The position numbers were made by a program, and so were the translations under genes. A model generated the notes under the pieces. It was not told where the DNA came from. It searched no databases and saw nothing but the letters and a program-made list of their open reading frames with translations. From Octopus vulgaris (taxonomy: Eukaryota): a stretch of 64,000 nucleotides of DNA. Position 1 is the stretch's first letter. The number at the start of each line of letters is the position of its first letter. This document shows positions 26,363 to 40,238 of this stretch, one piece after another. The stretch lies in contig OX597828.1 in assembly GCA_951406725.2 (NCBI GenBank), positions 8,246,001 to 8,310,000 of the forward strand. The letters run 5' to 3'.

Positions 26363-27789
26363 ATATTATATTGTCTAATATTATGTTATATTCTCATGGC
26401 GTTAGCGAACAGTATTGCAATTTTTAATTTGATGAGTTACGTTTAATCTATATATCCAAACTCATATTTTTTTTTCTGAAAGTAATATTTATAATGTCGG
26501 CGACTTTTCAGTTGCATTGTGCAAATGATGCGCGTGACACAGTGGCATATCGTCCTTCATGATAATAAATTTAATAATTTCACTATAAATGATATCGAGC
26601 GTTTGATAAAATGTTATGAAGAATAAATGGACATTCACTTGACGAAGATAAAATTAATTGAACAAGCTTCAAAGTTAAAATTTACCTCATCATTTCTACT
26701 TTAAAGATTTATACAACATCGAAGTGTCGTTTAACACTGTCCCCCTCCAACCCTACCCAGTAAATGAAAGTATGTCCAATGTCCAACGGTGAAATTATTG
26801 AAGAAACACACTCTGTATGTGTGCGTGTTTATTGAAATTAAACTCTATAATAACTTTCTTAGTATTAAAAATAAAAGATTCATTTAAATATGTTCTATTA
26901 AGTAATATGATGTTAGCTGAATGTTTAATTTTCTGTCCTGAGTTAGATAAATTATCTTTGATAGGATCTAATATACAACATTGTAAAGCAATGTCGTATG
27001 TTGATTAAATATAAAAATTCACCGCATAGGTTACCGTCATGGTATTTCCTTCATACGAATAGTTAATATTTCTCTTTTGTATGGCCTGTATGACCAGCGA
27101 AAATAAAAGCTCTGAAAAATGATTATTACCATCGCAATATGCTACTTTTGCTCTTACCATTATTAATAAAAAAATTGCTTAAATAGTATATATAACTACG
27201 TTTTTAACATAGACACAAGGATATATACTAGGGGGACGGAGAATAGTCAATGAATTAATAAAGTACCTGTTTTATTGGCCCTGGTAGAATGAAAAGGTAG
27301 ATGAGCTCAGTGGAATTTGAACTGGAAACGGAATAAATAACTAAATACACCGGGAAAATTAAATGCAAGTTAAAACGCTCAAACCACCCTTCTAAAGCAC
27401 CATCCTGAAAATCTGTAATTCCTAGGGGTAGAGATGTTCTATTAAAACACCTTATTACTCAGATATAAGAAAGCAATATCGTTATAACTGCCAGAAAAAG
27501 GTGCATTTTCTGTCACAAAAATGTACAAAAACTGTCAGCTGGAGGAGGGAGAGATTGTTGGAGGTTGGCGAGAGAGGGTGTTGTTCACAGAATAACTGAG
27601 AAAAGTGCTGTTGAAGTGTTAAGTGAAATTTGGCAATCGAGGATTGAATCCATGCTATGTCTGCATGAAGCCACTTCAAATATGTTGTGGAAAAAATATA
27701 TATCTACTGTCATGGAGAAAGTGTAACTCTATGTCACGAGTACTACTAACCAACACTTGTTGGTATGGATGATACTGAGACCATGTCAA

Positions 27790-27814
27790 TAGTAATAATA
27801 CTAATAATGATAAC

Positions 27815-27881
<67 letters not shown>

Positions 27882-28005
27882 GTAATAATAATAGTAATAA
27901 TAATAATAATAATGATGATGATGATGATGATGATGATAATAATAATAACAATAATAATAATAATAATAATAATCATCATCATCATCATCATTATTATTAT
28001 TATTA

Positions 28006-28089
<84 letters not shown>

Positions 28090-28115
28090 TTATTATTATT
28101 ATCATTATTATTATT
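27790..28115. repeat. Compound trinucleotide tract with inverted polarity: (TAA)(TGA)(TAA)(TCA)(TTA)
   Basis: Seen directly. Confidence 0.9.
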
Positions 28116-28458
28116 GAGTGAGAGAGCAGTGCATGCCATCAAAGTGACACTGGGTTAAAATATACGAAGCCCAGTAAACCCATCATGACTACACGTCTGA
28201 TAAGAGTACACCAGGCACATGCATCACAACCATATTTGCGCGACATGGTGATCTCATATCAAGATAAACAGCACATGACCTTGCAGGTGGGGCCCAGTCA
28301 GAATTTTCTTCTGGTCGAGTAACCCATCCTCCTCAAAAGGTCCCTGAATGAGGGTTGTTTAAAGATGTTGAACGAAACACCCACGTTTCCAGAGGTAAAT
28401 TTCTAAAACCCCAAAGAATTCCTCTCAAAACATGGCTATGATGCTCCCCCACTACTTC

Positions 28459-28459
<1 letters not shown>
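28116..28459. mobile_element. Unclassified non-coding insert within (TTA)n
   Basis: About 345 bp of complex sequence with sharp boundaries to (TTA)n on both sides. Confidence 0.55.
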
Positions 28460-28512
<53 letters not shown>

Positions 28513-28513
<1 letters not shown>

Positions 28514-29870
28514 ACAATCCTTCATGTATTGGCCAAAAGAAGTGCACTCAATAATGTAGAACGGCACAACACAAAGGACAACAGGAGTTTTTATATATGC
28601 TGCGTGTAAAGATTATAAAGCCATAATATTTAACAATAACAAAAATGATCAATTCAATTCCCCAATATATGTAACCTCCACTCAGATACAACCAAGTAAC
28701 TCCACGCCTTCTGGACACCCTGAACGCCAGGGGAATTTTGGGCGGGCGTCTCCCTCCCCTCGGTTTCCTCTTGACTACAGGCCCATTCACACGGATCATA
28801 CTCGCTACATTCGACTATCTTTCAACATAATTACTACGGTGCAGCATATCCCTTTCCACTCTCAGTTACCTTTTGAAGAGGAACTTGAAAATGCCGGTGA
28901 CGGCTTGGCCGAAAAAGAAATTATTTGGCTTCTCTATTTACAACCTCTCCTCTACACTACCTGTTTTGGTATAGCCAGCAGGAAAAAAGAAAACTGCCTT
29001 CCCTAACCGTCTAAAATAAGGCCTTGGTGTGATCCACACGATGGACTCGACTGATAACCGGATCTGTCCTAAACGTGCCCAAAGTTATTCGACAAAACTC
29101 CACAAATCAGCAATGCCAGGACGTTGGACCAGTGAATGCAGAACAGTTTCATCGCCCTTCGCACATCTATGTTAATCTGACAGAACTTCCGTGGCTGTAG
29201 ACTGTATCAGTGTTCCCTGGTAGCACTGACAGGCCAGGAATTTTTGGAAATTACCCACAGTAAGCGACCCGAAAGTCATCTGGAAAAGACAAGATAATTG
29301 ACATCATAACACCTCCCCTCGACGCCCAGAGTCGATCTTGCCCCTTCCTCGCAATAATCTACTATAGGACTCTAGTTTGGAACACCAACCTACTGTATTG
29401 CATGACTGGCAGAAAACTGTGAGCGCTTATCAATACTTCAGGCGTGAAGCGCCCTTTAAAGGTCTACGCTCGACTTAAGATGGTATTTTCGTCAATGAGA
29501 TGTGCTGCAGCAAATCATGATAAGCGGCCACCACACCTGCTAACCATCAAGGAAACGTTGGATATTTTTCAGCTTGTCATTCGCCACGGCATGCCCAGTC
29601 CACTGCTCTAGGGATCCTCACGGTGAGACACGTCCCATTTACAAGGTGCGGAGGTCTACTTACCCACTGAGTCTCGCTGAAGATCAGATGGATCAGCATC
29701 CATAACTAGTTAGGATTTCTTTAGAAGAAGGATGCTTACTCGAGGCTCGTGTGTTAGGGGTTCTCAGGTCGTGAGGGAAGTTCTCGCTAATGTTTTTGTG
29801 TCCACTGAGATAATCACACCATCAGTGTTTCTCTCACTTGAACGGTCCCGGTGTCAGGGATCTCAACGTC
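28513..29870 (-). mobile_element. Degenerate Tx1/L1-clade LINE, ORF2 C-terminal region and 3' UTR
   Basis: Broken minus-strand peptides GLGMPW, QRFLDG*QVWWPL, RCAKGDETVLHSLVQRP..LW (zinc-knuckle remnant), FKR*LRVER..MIRVNG. Confidence 0.7.
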
Positions 29871-30378
29871 TCTCTCGGTGTCCTTCCTTCATGCTTTGAG
29901 GATCATCAATTATTTGTTGGCCCTCTTCACTAGCAGGAAGATGTGTGCTTATACGGTTGTTTGTTGTTGTTAGGAGTGTTTTATGTTCGTGGGTTGTTGC
30001 AGTTGTGGTATTGTTGGTTGAGCTGGTTGTGCTAGCTGCAGATGTGTTGACGATTGTGCTGCTGGAGGTGTTGGTAATTATGTAGGTGTGTCTGTGGACA
30101 TTGTGGTAGTGTTTTCTATGTATTTTGGTGTGTGTGTTGACGTGCAGCATAATGTTTAATTGTGAGTCATCTTTGATTTTGTGTTATTTTGATTTTGATT
30201 TTTGGGTTCTCACTCATTTTTACTGCGTGACTCATATGTATTCGTATCTGTGAAATCATTGTGCGAGCCTATGTACACAGACATGAAAGAAGTAAATAGA
30301 TACCCCCATAATCTTTAAAATTTATTTAAATCTGAAATTATACATTCAAATTATTTATTATTATCGTAACAAGAATAT

Positions 30379-31170
30379 CTAATATTTAGTAGACATGCCC
30401 TTTGCATTTTCACTGCAAGGATCCTAATAGGCATGATACTGCTCAGATGACGAATATTCTCTTGAGGAATTTCTTACCAAGTTTCATGCAGTAATCTCAA
30501 GAGATCTATCTTTGAGAATGTCTTCTTGTTCTTTTTATGAAGTGTTCTGTCCATTATGCTGCAGAAGTGTTCAATAGTGTTCATATCTGGTGCCTAGCTT
30601 AGCCATGAAAGCTTTTTAATGCCATTCTCTTCCAATCAATTTTGGGTATTTTTAGCCGTGTGACAAGGAGCCCCACCTTCCATAAATAAAGAATGGGAAA
30701 ATGTCCTTTCTGTAATGAAGACACATTTACCTGAGCTTATGTTTCCTTTACACTCCACCAGATCTGTTCAAACATCGCTCCAAATTTCTCCCTAGACCAT
30801 CACAGAATAGCGGCCGTGTTTCGTTGTTGGCTGCGATATTTTCTCGTCAAATTCTTGATCACAGACTCTCCAGACCCACGCTCGAATGCTGTCAGAAAAT
30901 ACAGCAAATCTAGACTGATAAGAAAATATGACAATGTCTCAAAATGCTAGAGGCTTTTCCACCTTCTCACTCGCCCAATCTTTTCTCCGTTTGATATTGT
31001 CTGGTCAAAGAAGTGGCTTCAGTCTCTCTGCTCTACCACAGTAGGCAAGTTAGCGGAGATACTTCTCGATAGAAGTCGGAGGATTCTGCCATGGACTGCA
31101 ATTCACTATCAAAGCTACCTTTTAATTTGTCCTCCATATAACTTACTAGGGTTGATGTCACCATGATGGT
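30379..31170 (-). pseudogene. Decayed Tc1-family (DD34E) transposase
   Basis: LKPLL..RKDWA, KHG..VMV*G, FMEGGAPCHTAK, WLS*APDMNTIEH, MPIRILAV, AKGMSTKY*; several stops and frameshifts. Confidence 0.9.
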
Positions 31171-31486
31171 TTTCAAAATTATTTTTGTCCAAAACAAAAC
31201 GAACATTTTATTTTCGGATTTGAGCCACAAAAGTGGCAAAAATGGACGTACCAACCAGATGTATGCAATGGAAGTGCTTTCTATATTTTGTAACAAAATA
31301 AACAATTAACAACTTTTGAGTCATAGATCAAAAGGTAAGACTTACGAGCGTGAAACACTAATAATAATAATCTTATCTATCATAGGCACATGGCCTGAAA
31401 TTTAGGGGAAGAACGAGTCGATTACATCGAACTCAGGGATCCACTGGTACTCAATTTATCGATCCCGAAAAGATGAAATATAATAA

Positions 31487-31700
31487 CGGTTTCAAATTTG
31501 GCTGCAAGGTCAGCCATTTTGAGAGAGGTAACGATTCGATTTCATCGACCCCAGCGTTCAACTGGTATTTGTTTTATCGACTCCGAAAACATGAAAGACA
31601 AAGACGACCCCGACAGAATTTGAACTCAGAACGTAGCGGCAGACGAAATACGGCTACGCATTTCGCCCGGCGTGCTAACGTTTCTGCCAACTCGCCGCCT
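31487..31700 (-). mobile_element. SINE family B
   Basis: Full head in reverse complement (..ctgccaactcgccgcc). Confidence 0.85.
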
Positions 31701-31726
31701 TTAATCATAATAATAATAACAGTAAT

Positions 31727-31779
<53 letters not shown>

Positions 31780-31781
<2 letters not shown>

Positions 31782-31920
31782 TCGAAAAATACCTTAGGAA
31801 TGAGAACCCAGGTTCGAAATTTCCTCAAGACACCTTATGAAGGCTGGAGGGTATATCAGCCGTAACGTTGTGTCAACAACAAACAAGATGAGAACAAATA
31901 TCCGTCAAATGTATTATGTA

Positions 31921-31925
<5 letters not shown>
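31780..31925 (+). mobile_element. Family D tail (hammerhead-like module) after (AAT)n
   Basis: Matches 53135-53290. HHR remnant at 31829-31874: GACAC-CTTATGA-A-GGCTG...CAGCC-GTAAC-GTT-GTGTC. Confidence 0.8.
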
Positions 31926-31992
<67 letters not shown>

Positions 31993-31995
31993 AAT

Positions 31996-32650
31996 GGCTT
32001 CCAATTTTGCCACAAGAGCAGCAATTTTGGGACAGGGAATGAATCAGTTACATCGACCGCAGTACTGGTGCTTTATTTATCAACCACTGGTCGATATATT
32101 AAGTACCACTGGCACTTAATTTATCGACTGGTACTTCATTTATTACTAATACTTAATTTATCGACCCCGAAAGGATGAAAGGCAAAGTCGACCTCGGAAG
32201 AATTTGAAATCAGAACGTAAGAACGGACGAAATGCCGTTAAACAGCTCGACCGGCGTGCTAATGATTCTGCCTACTCGCAATACAGATAGTACTTGTTGC
32301 TCAGAAAAGGTTCAAAGTATGACATTTGTGGGAAGAAAACTTGTAATTATACTGAAATCTCCAGTGCTTATCTGGTACTTGCTTTTTCGACACCAAATGA
32401 TAAAATACACTTTCACCCTCAGTGGAATTCGAACTCAGACTGACGAAATTCTCCCTACTCGCAATAATACTAATACTCATTGCATAGAAAAGGTTCAACA
32501 TGTGACATTTGTAGTGTGGAAAAACCGGTAATTACATTGACTTAATTGGTCTTATTTTATCGAGTAAGGACGAACCATAGGCAATGCTGACACCACGGTG
32601 ATTTGAACTCTGAACATAAAGAGCGGCAAATAAATACCGATAGGCTAACA
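31996..32650 (-). mobile_element. Cluster of tandem diverged family B copies
   Basis: Repeated gaactcaga/ttatcgac motifs and a duplicated cctactcgcaata...gaaaaggttcaa segment. Confidence 0.65.
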
Positions 32651-32809
32651 ATGTTCTTAATCCACCACACGAAGGAACTAAGAGTATTAAAATATTAACA
32701 ACAATACCATCACCACCTCCATAAAAAAGCAACATCGCTAATACAACAACAACAACAACAACAACAACTACTACTACTACTAACAACAACAACAACATCA
32801 ACGACAACC

Positions 32810-32861
<52 letters not shown>

Positions 32862-33456
32862 TAATAATAATAATAAAACAATCATAAAACATAACAATGA
32901 TAGCAATAATGCTATGTTGTAAAGATAGGAACGAAATTCTGGTAATCAACTTTGCGACATAGAATCGACATCGTTTCAGGAAGCAAAAATTAAATGGCGA
33001 GATTCTACAGAATTGTCTATATGGATGGAGAGAGAGTGTAAGCCTCGTCTATGAGTTTATTTATTTCTATGAGTTTATTTATTTATATTGCGGTTACATA
33101 AAAATAGAAGTTACGATAAGGAAATTATTGGTTTTATGGATCATGCAAGAATCTTCCTTATGCAAACTCGCTCATTCCTCCTCTTCTCTCTCTCATTCAC
33201 TCTCTCTCTCTCTCTGTCTACTGTTTGTCACTCTCTCACACACTATTCCTCTAATCTATGTAGCTAACTTTTGTTTTCATTTATTTATGCTTCTTACTCT
33301 TTTACATACACATTTTCTGAGTGCGTAAATATATATTAACATAGATGCATCCACTCACACAATCTGAACCAATACACACACACACATACACACACACGCA
33401 CACACATTCATACGTATATATATATGGACATGTTTATGTGTATGTATGAGTACATA

Positions 33457-33507
<51 letters not shown>

Positions 33508-33862
33508 GTTTGTGTACTGACAAATATGTGTGATATAGGTGTGTAAATACATAGAAAGATATTCATATGCGCATGTCTATGCGCACAGATATAAGCCTAT
33601 CTGCGTGCATTTAGTGTATTTGTCTAAATATATTTCGTTGTGTCTATCAACATAACTAGCTAGTATATGTGAATAACAATTCTCAAACAAGTATTCACAT
33701 ATCGAATTGTTTATATACACGAATATCCATTTTATACTTGTGTTTCTTATGTGTAAGTTCTCCTATACCACCTTGCCAATATTTATACAAATACACTCAG
33801 AAAATTATGGCCACGCCAGTCTGTATGAGAGCGGGTGCGTGTATGTGATTTTGTATGTATAT

Positions 33863-33936
<74 letters not shown>

Positions 33937-34144
33937 TTTATATGCATATACGCATACGTATATTTCACATATCTGCATGGAAATATATGTATGTCTACGT
34001 CTATACATTCTATTTTTATAGATAATTATACGCACGTAGACACACGCACACAAACATATCCATATGTGTAAATCTATACATATATAAATAGAAATATATA
34101 TAAATATGTACGTGTATATGTGTATATGTATATTTACGTACGTA

Positions 34145-34180
<36 letters not shown>

Positions 34181-34256
34181 TGCGTGTATTGTATGTTTCA
34201 AACTTTATATATGTACATGTATATATATGTAGATACATACATTCATATATATATAT

Positions 34257-34289
<33 letters not shown>

Positions 34290-35794
34290 AACATATATAC
34301 ACTCACAGTCATATATGTGTGTGTGTGGGTGTGAATATATGTTTCTAAGTCCTTGTCTACTGGCTTTGCTTTAAGAAGCAATATCAACAGTTTGCTTGTT
34401 CAAAAGATGGCAAAACGAGATATGTAAATACATTAAAAATGTCTATTTAACCAGAGACATAAAAGTGTCGTAAAATGTAGTTTGTTTTAATAGAAGAGCT
34501 ACTTTGTTTCTGGAAGTATGTGCTTTTACGAGTGATAAATACAAGGTATTAACGAATGACTCACGAAGCTGAAGACGACAAAAGAACGAAGTAATGTACT
34601 TAGAAAAGGAGAGAACGAAGAAGTCGAAATGTAAATCGGTTAAGGAAGATTACATGAAATTATAATACTAGCAATTGAATTACATTAAATTTTATTTGAC
34701 TACTAGGAAGAAAGCCAAAATTCACATGGAATGTGTATAGTCGATTAAACTGATAGTACATTACTGGTATTTATTTAATATATTTATAGGGAGAAGGAAA
34801 CATGGAAAAGACATGATCCCTCATTGGATGTTTGAAAACATGCTGTGTTGGAAAAAGATTTTGCTATGATATGTTTGTAAAGATATGGGAAACCATAATG
34901 TTTTGAAACAGCAAGAAACTGTTGAATTGCAAATGTTAGTTTCAAAGTACAAAAAAAAAAGATGACAACTTTTCTTGGGAAAATCTAATTGTGAAGGCGA
35001 TAAGGATGGCCCCGTTTTATTGCCGACACTTAATTTTAATGATCTAACATACCTAAATGTGAACTAAATAGAAACAGAAAAGGAACCAAATTCTAGGGTC
35101 CTTTATAATAAAAATATTGTAGTGGTTCTTTTACATCTTGTGACAATTATTTACTCAAGACAGACATAAAAACAAACTGATATATTCAGGTTGTACGTTG
35201 ACACACTATCTAGTAATGAATGAAATATTTTCTTCTACAGGCGTTTCAAGTTAGTTTTATCTCTTTATAATTCTTACCTGCTTAACTGTAGCATTACAAA
35301 GTACAATGAGGTTAAATCTTCCCTAAAGAACTCAAACTATTATTACTATAGAAACAGTGCTACCGTTATATCTGCTACATCATTGTCACATCTGCTGTCA
35401 CATTACTCTTGGCTTTAATACATTAGTATTGCTTTCCATGGCCAACGTAACATATGGTTATCGGTCTTCATAGATAGGTAGGTATCCCGAATGTTAATTC
35501 TCTAATATAAAGAGATGAGAGAAGAGGATAAAGGCAATACTTTACAGCTGTTTCTGACGTTGGGTGATCGGCATTTGTAGTAGCATACATTGACCGTAGT
35601 AAAACGGTGTTAGCAAATGTATGAGGAAAAATAAACACATTTTTCGTTAGAGCGTCGCCCAAGCTATCATCAAAAGGATGACTGGGAAAATGAAGTCATT
35701 AGAGAATGTATTTACTAGCAATATCCATCAGGGTACAATTGTGATTGAATGGCGAGGATTTATATTAGGTTATCCTGTGTGCGTGCGCTTGTTG

Positions 35795-35870
<76 letters not shown>

Positions 35871-35901
35871 ACATACATACACATATATACAAACATATAT
35901 A

Positions 35902-36160
35902 TAGTGTTTAGGGTATTTGGCTCACTATCTTTAGGTCGGGAGTTCGATTCCGGGTGACGCGTTGTGTCCTTGAGCAAGACACTATATTCCTCGTTGCTCC
36001 ACTCCGCTCAGCTAGCAAATATGAGTTGTACCAGTATTCCAAAGGGCCAGGTTTGTCACACTTTGTGAGAATTAAGATTAGGGTACACGTGTCTGTGGAG
36101 TGCTCAGCCACTTGCACATTAATTTCGCGATTAGGCTGTTCCGTTGATCAAATAAACTTG
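35902..36160 (+). mobile_element. CORE-type SINE: tRNA head, CORE-like domain and family C tail
   Basis: B box GAGTTCGATTCC, then tgtgtccttgagcaagacact...ctcagct..aaatatgagt, then gggtacacgtgtctgtggagtgctcagccactt. Confidence 0.8.
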
Positions 36161-36209
36161 TGGCACTCTGTCAGTAACCCTTGTTACGGACAAAGTGCTA
36201 CAAGAATGA

Positions 36210-36243
<34 letters not shown>

Positions 36244-36705
36244 CCATACAGGATGAGGCTTCATAGAAAACCCTGCAGGATGAAAAGTAAGCCTGTCAAA
36301 GGGCAGACGAACTGAGTAGTGTCAAATCCCATTCAGTTGCTTCGAGTATGAATCTACTAGACTTTGCTTATAAACCTCGCTTCTTATGTAAAACTTATAT
36401 AAAGCATTCGACCTTCTTAAGGCAGAATACATACGTTATTTCGGGAATGGGTTTGGCCCTCTGCATGGATTTCCTTCTCTTTAAAATGCTCCAAGTACGG
36501 GTTCCACCTCCTTTTTAGCATTTCTTCTAGCATCCCTATTTTAACCTATTCCGGGTGGCTATACACCAAAAGGCAAACACCTCAATGGAAAAATTCCATG
36601 ACATGAAAGCATGTGAATGAGTTGATGGTAAGCACGCTGAACGTCTGCCGTTGTAATTTACGCATTGTTTTCGTATATGTGCAGATGACTGATGATTGGT
36701 AAAAC

Positions 36706-36933
36706 TTTTACTATTTACTCGCAGACATGCTGGTACACTGTCTTGAAGAATTCAAGTCAAACAAATCGACCCCAGGACACTTTTTTGAAAGTGTGGGACT
36801 TATTCCATCGACCTCTGTTGCCAAACTGCTATGTGACGGATATAAATCACAACAACACGAGTTTTTCAAGTGCTGATTGGGGACATAGACACACACAAAG
36901 TCTCTCTCCACACAGACACACACACACACATGC

Positions 36934-36964
<31 letters not shown>

Positions 36965-37045
36965 TAATACATACATATATAGATACAGTCTGTCGTATAG
37001 ATACATATAAGTACGACGGATCTCTTTCAGATTCCATCTACCAAA
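36706..37045 (-). mobile_element. SINE family A, old partial copy
   Basis: caaatcgaccccaggac and cgacggatctctttcag..tctaccaaa. Confidence 0.65.
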
Positions 37046-37122
37046 GCGTTCTTTGTTCTCTTTAGACATATATCACCATTGAAGGAAACTCTATGAATTG
37101 TTATCAGTACATTTTTTCCATA

Positions 37123-37526
37123 TAGGCGTAGGAGTGGCTGTGTGGTAAGTAGCTTGTTTACCATCAACATGGTTCCGGGTTCAGTCCCACTGCCTGGCAC
37201 CTTGGGCAAGTGTCTTCTACTGTAGCATCAGGTCGACCAAAGCCTTGTGAGTGGATTTGGTAGACGGAAACTCAAAGAAACTCGTCGTATATATGTATAT
37301 GTGTATGTGTGTATATATGTTTGTGTCTGTGTTTGTCATCTCAACATCGCTTGACAACCGATGCTGATCTGTTTACGTCACCGTAACTTAGCGGTTCCGC
37401 AAAAGAGACCGATAGAATAAGTACTAGACTTACAAAGAATAAGCCCTGGGGTCGATTTGCTCGACTAAAGGCGATGCTCTAGCATGGCCACAGTCAAATG
37501 ACTGAAACAAGTTAAATAGTAAAGAG
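37123..37526 (+). mobile_element. SINE family A, full length
   Basis: A box TGGCTGTGTGG, B box GGTTCAGTCCC, complete tail. Confidence 0.92.
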
Positions 37527-38985
37527 TATATCAACACATATAACACAGAAACGGTGAAGAGTTTTGATCTCAGAACATAATTTTCTGTACCAAAATTCAA
37601 CCTGCTTAAGCAATAACTGTATGCTTTATTCCTCTCTGCTTCCCTTGAGTTTGTTTCTAATAAGCAAATTTTCGTTTCATCAAGATATAGTTACTGGTGT
37701 GAAAATGTTCAGTCCCGCCTGCTGTCATGGAAACTTAATAGCAAAGTGGATGAAAGCATAGTTAATCTAGGGAAATCAAGAAATTTCAGTAAATTAAAGT
37801 TTACACCTTTAGTGACGGGAACAATCGTTATTTAAATTATTATTTCTGTTAAAAATGCAAGTGAGGGCTCTTGCCCGAATTTTAATTTAGTTTAATTAAA
37901 TATGGAATGCAAGGAAGAGTCATTAAGACTTAAATTGGTCTTCAGTTGTTACAGTACTTCTAAAGACCAGACTCACTACCCTCTGCATTCCATATTTAAT
38001 TAATTTTCATTAATTCCGTACTCAATTAATTTTAATTAAATCTTTAGAGTTGTCTCCCCTGTCTTTTGGACTAGGATTATTGATTTATATAATGAATATT
38101 CTCATCACTAATATTAATTAATAGAAGTTTTGGAATTACTAATCATGTATCCAAGGCGTAGTGGTTCTGAAACAGACTAATACTAGGCCCACCCAAAACA
38201 TTGATAACAATTCTGGCCCTCCACCACTCATTATTTATGAGAATACACCGTAGAGTTTTCATCTATTTAATTCTTATGCCTTCACCATGGAGCTGGACAA
38301 TTTTAAACAACTTTAAATTTATTCACCAATGGCATTTTGTCCGCCCTCTTTGCAATCAGCACAGGCTCCACCTTTTTGGAAATTACCGTTCTAGCACCCG
38401 TTTTATGATTGTCAGTTAAATTAAGAGTGTAATGTGCCACAGGAAAGTATGATTTTCGCAGTCCATTCTATATAGATCCATGTGTAAGCCTTCATCTAGA
38501 CTTCCTCGCATACATGTGTCAATAAACAGCGAAATGTGAGAACAATATAGCAAAGTCTTACGCTGTCACCGTCGCTGCTCAGCGAAAGAACAGCTAGAAA
38601 ATGTTCTGTATAGATATCATTGCAAGACATGATTTTACCATGTTTTACCATTTGATGAGTATTTATCTAAGACAAATTTTACGATGTGAAATATTAGTAT
38701 TATATTTTTAACATTATTATATTTAGAAGTAATTCCAAGATAGGCTGTGACTTCTATTTATCAAACAGCAACGTTTTATTTGTCTCATTGTCCTTACATA
38801 AATTACTATTTGATCAGTTCGATATATTAAACAGAGCAGTCGCTAATAAATATAACCAATTGCACTCGAGAGTATACTGTGTAGAAGATTTCGCTTTTTT
38901 AAAATCTAATTACACTTACTTGGAAATAAAAGGTCTCTTTTTGATTTTTGAATAAAGCTTGTACTACGTATCGTTTCGTCTTTCT

Positions 38986-39112
38986 TCACAACCACGCTTC
39001 CAGGTTCAGTCCCACTGCGTGGTACCTTAAGCGAGTGTTTTCTACTGTAGTCTGCGGTCGACCAAAGCCGTGTGAGTGGATTTGGTAGTCGGAAACTGAA
39101 AGAATCCCGTCG

Positions 39113-39153
<41 letters not shown>

Positions 39154-39381
39154 GTGTGTGTGTATGTGTGTGTGTGTGTGTGTGTTTGAGTGTTTGTCTC
39201 CCAACCATCGTTTGACAACCGATGCAGGTCTGTTTACGACCCCGTAAATAAGCAGCTCGGCAAAAGAGACCGAAAGAATAAGTACTAGGCTTACAAAGAA
39301 TAAGTCCTGGGGTCAATTTGCTCGACTAAAAAGTGATGCACCAGTATGGCCGCAATCAAATGACTAAAAACAAGTAAAATA
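38986..39381 (+). mobile_element. SINE family A, slightly 5'-truncated
   Basis: Homology to the other family A copies. Confidence 0.88.
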
Positions 39382-39444
39382 ATTCATGAATGAGGGCATA
39401 TACATACATACATACGTACATACATATATATTTGTGTGTGTGTG

Positions 39445-39483
<39 letters not shown>

Positions 39484-39719
39484 CAAGAACTAAATGCTCC
39501 TTTCTCTTAATACATGAACATTATTATGGAAATTCACACTATACTGGCCGTATGTGTATAAGGGAGTTTGTATGGTTGTGATGAAATTCCCAATCAGTGT
39601 GTCTCTGGAGGCATGTTGAATCAGATATTTCATCAACACCAAAGTTTAACATATTCATATTCACATCAATAGCAAGCTTTGAAGTGAAATAGAATGTCGG
39701 AAGTGAACACAACAGCGAC

Positions 39720-40140
39720 ATGATCATCAATATCATCACCAGCCACGTCATTGCCACCACCACTAACGTCATCATCGTGGTTGTCATCGTCATAATCATC
39801 GTAGTCGTCGCAGTTGTGGCGGCGGCAGCGGCGACAGTGGTGATGACGATGGTAGTAGTGGTGGTCATCATCATCATCATCATCATCATCGTTATCATCA
39901 TCATCATCGTTATCATCATCATCATCGTTATCATCTTCATCATCATCTTCATCCTCATCATCATCGTTATCATCATCATCATCATCATCATCAACATCAC
40001 CATCATCATCATCATCAGCATCATCATCATCATCATCATCATCATCATAATCATCATCATCATCATCATCATCATCACCATCATCATCATCATAAATTCC
40101 CATCATCTGGAATTAATAGAACAAGGCGTGCCACTGCTCT

Positions 40141-40238
<98 letters not shown>
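39720..40238. repeat. (CAT)n-rich degenerate tract followed by (CTA)n(ATA)n
   Basis: Seen directly; explains the poly-M/D/I ORFs. Confidence 0.9.

Noticed and set aside
32070-32165. Short repeated actggtac/tttatcgac motifs resembling a repeat-spacer array
   Set aside because: Local slippage duplications inside a SINE B copy; not CRISPR-like.
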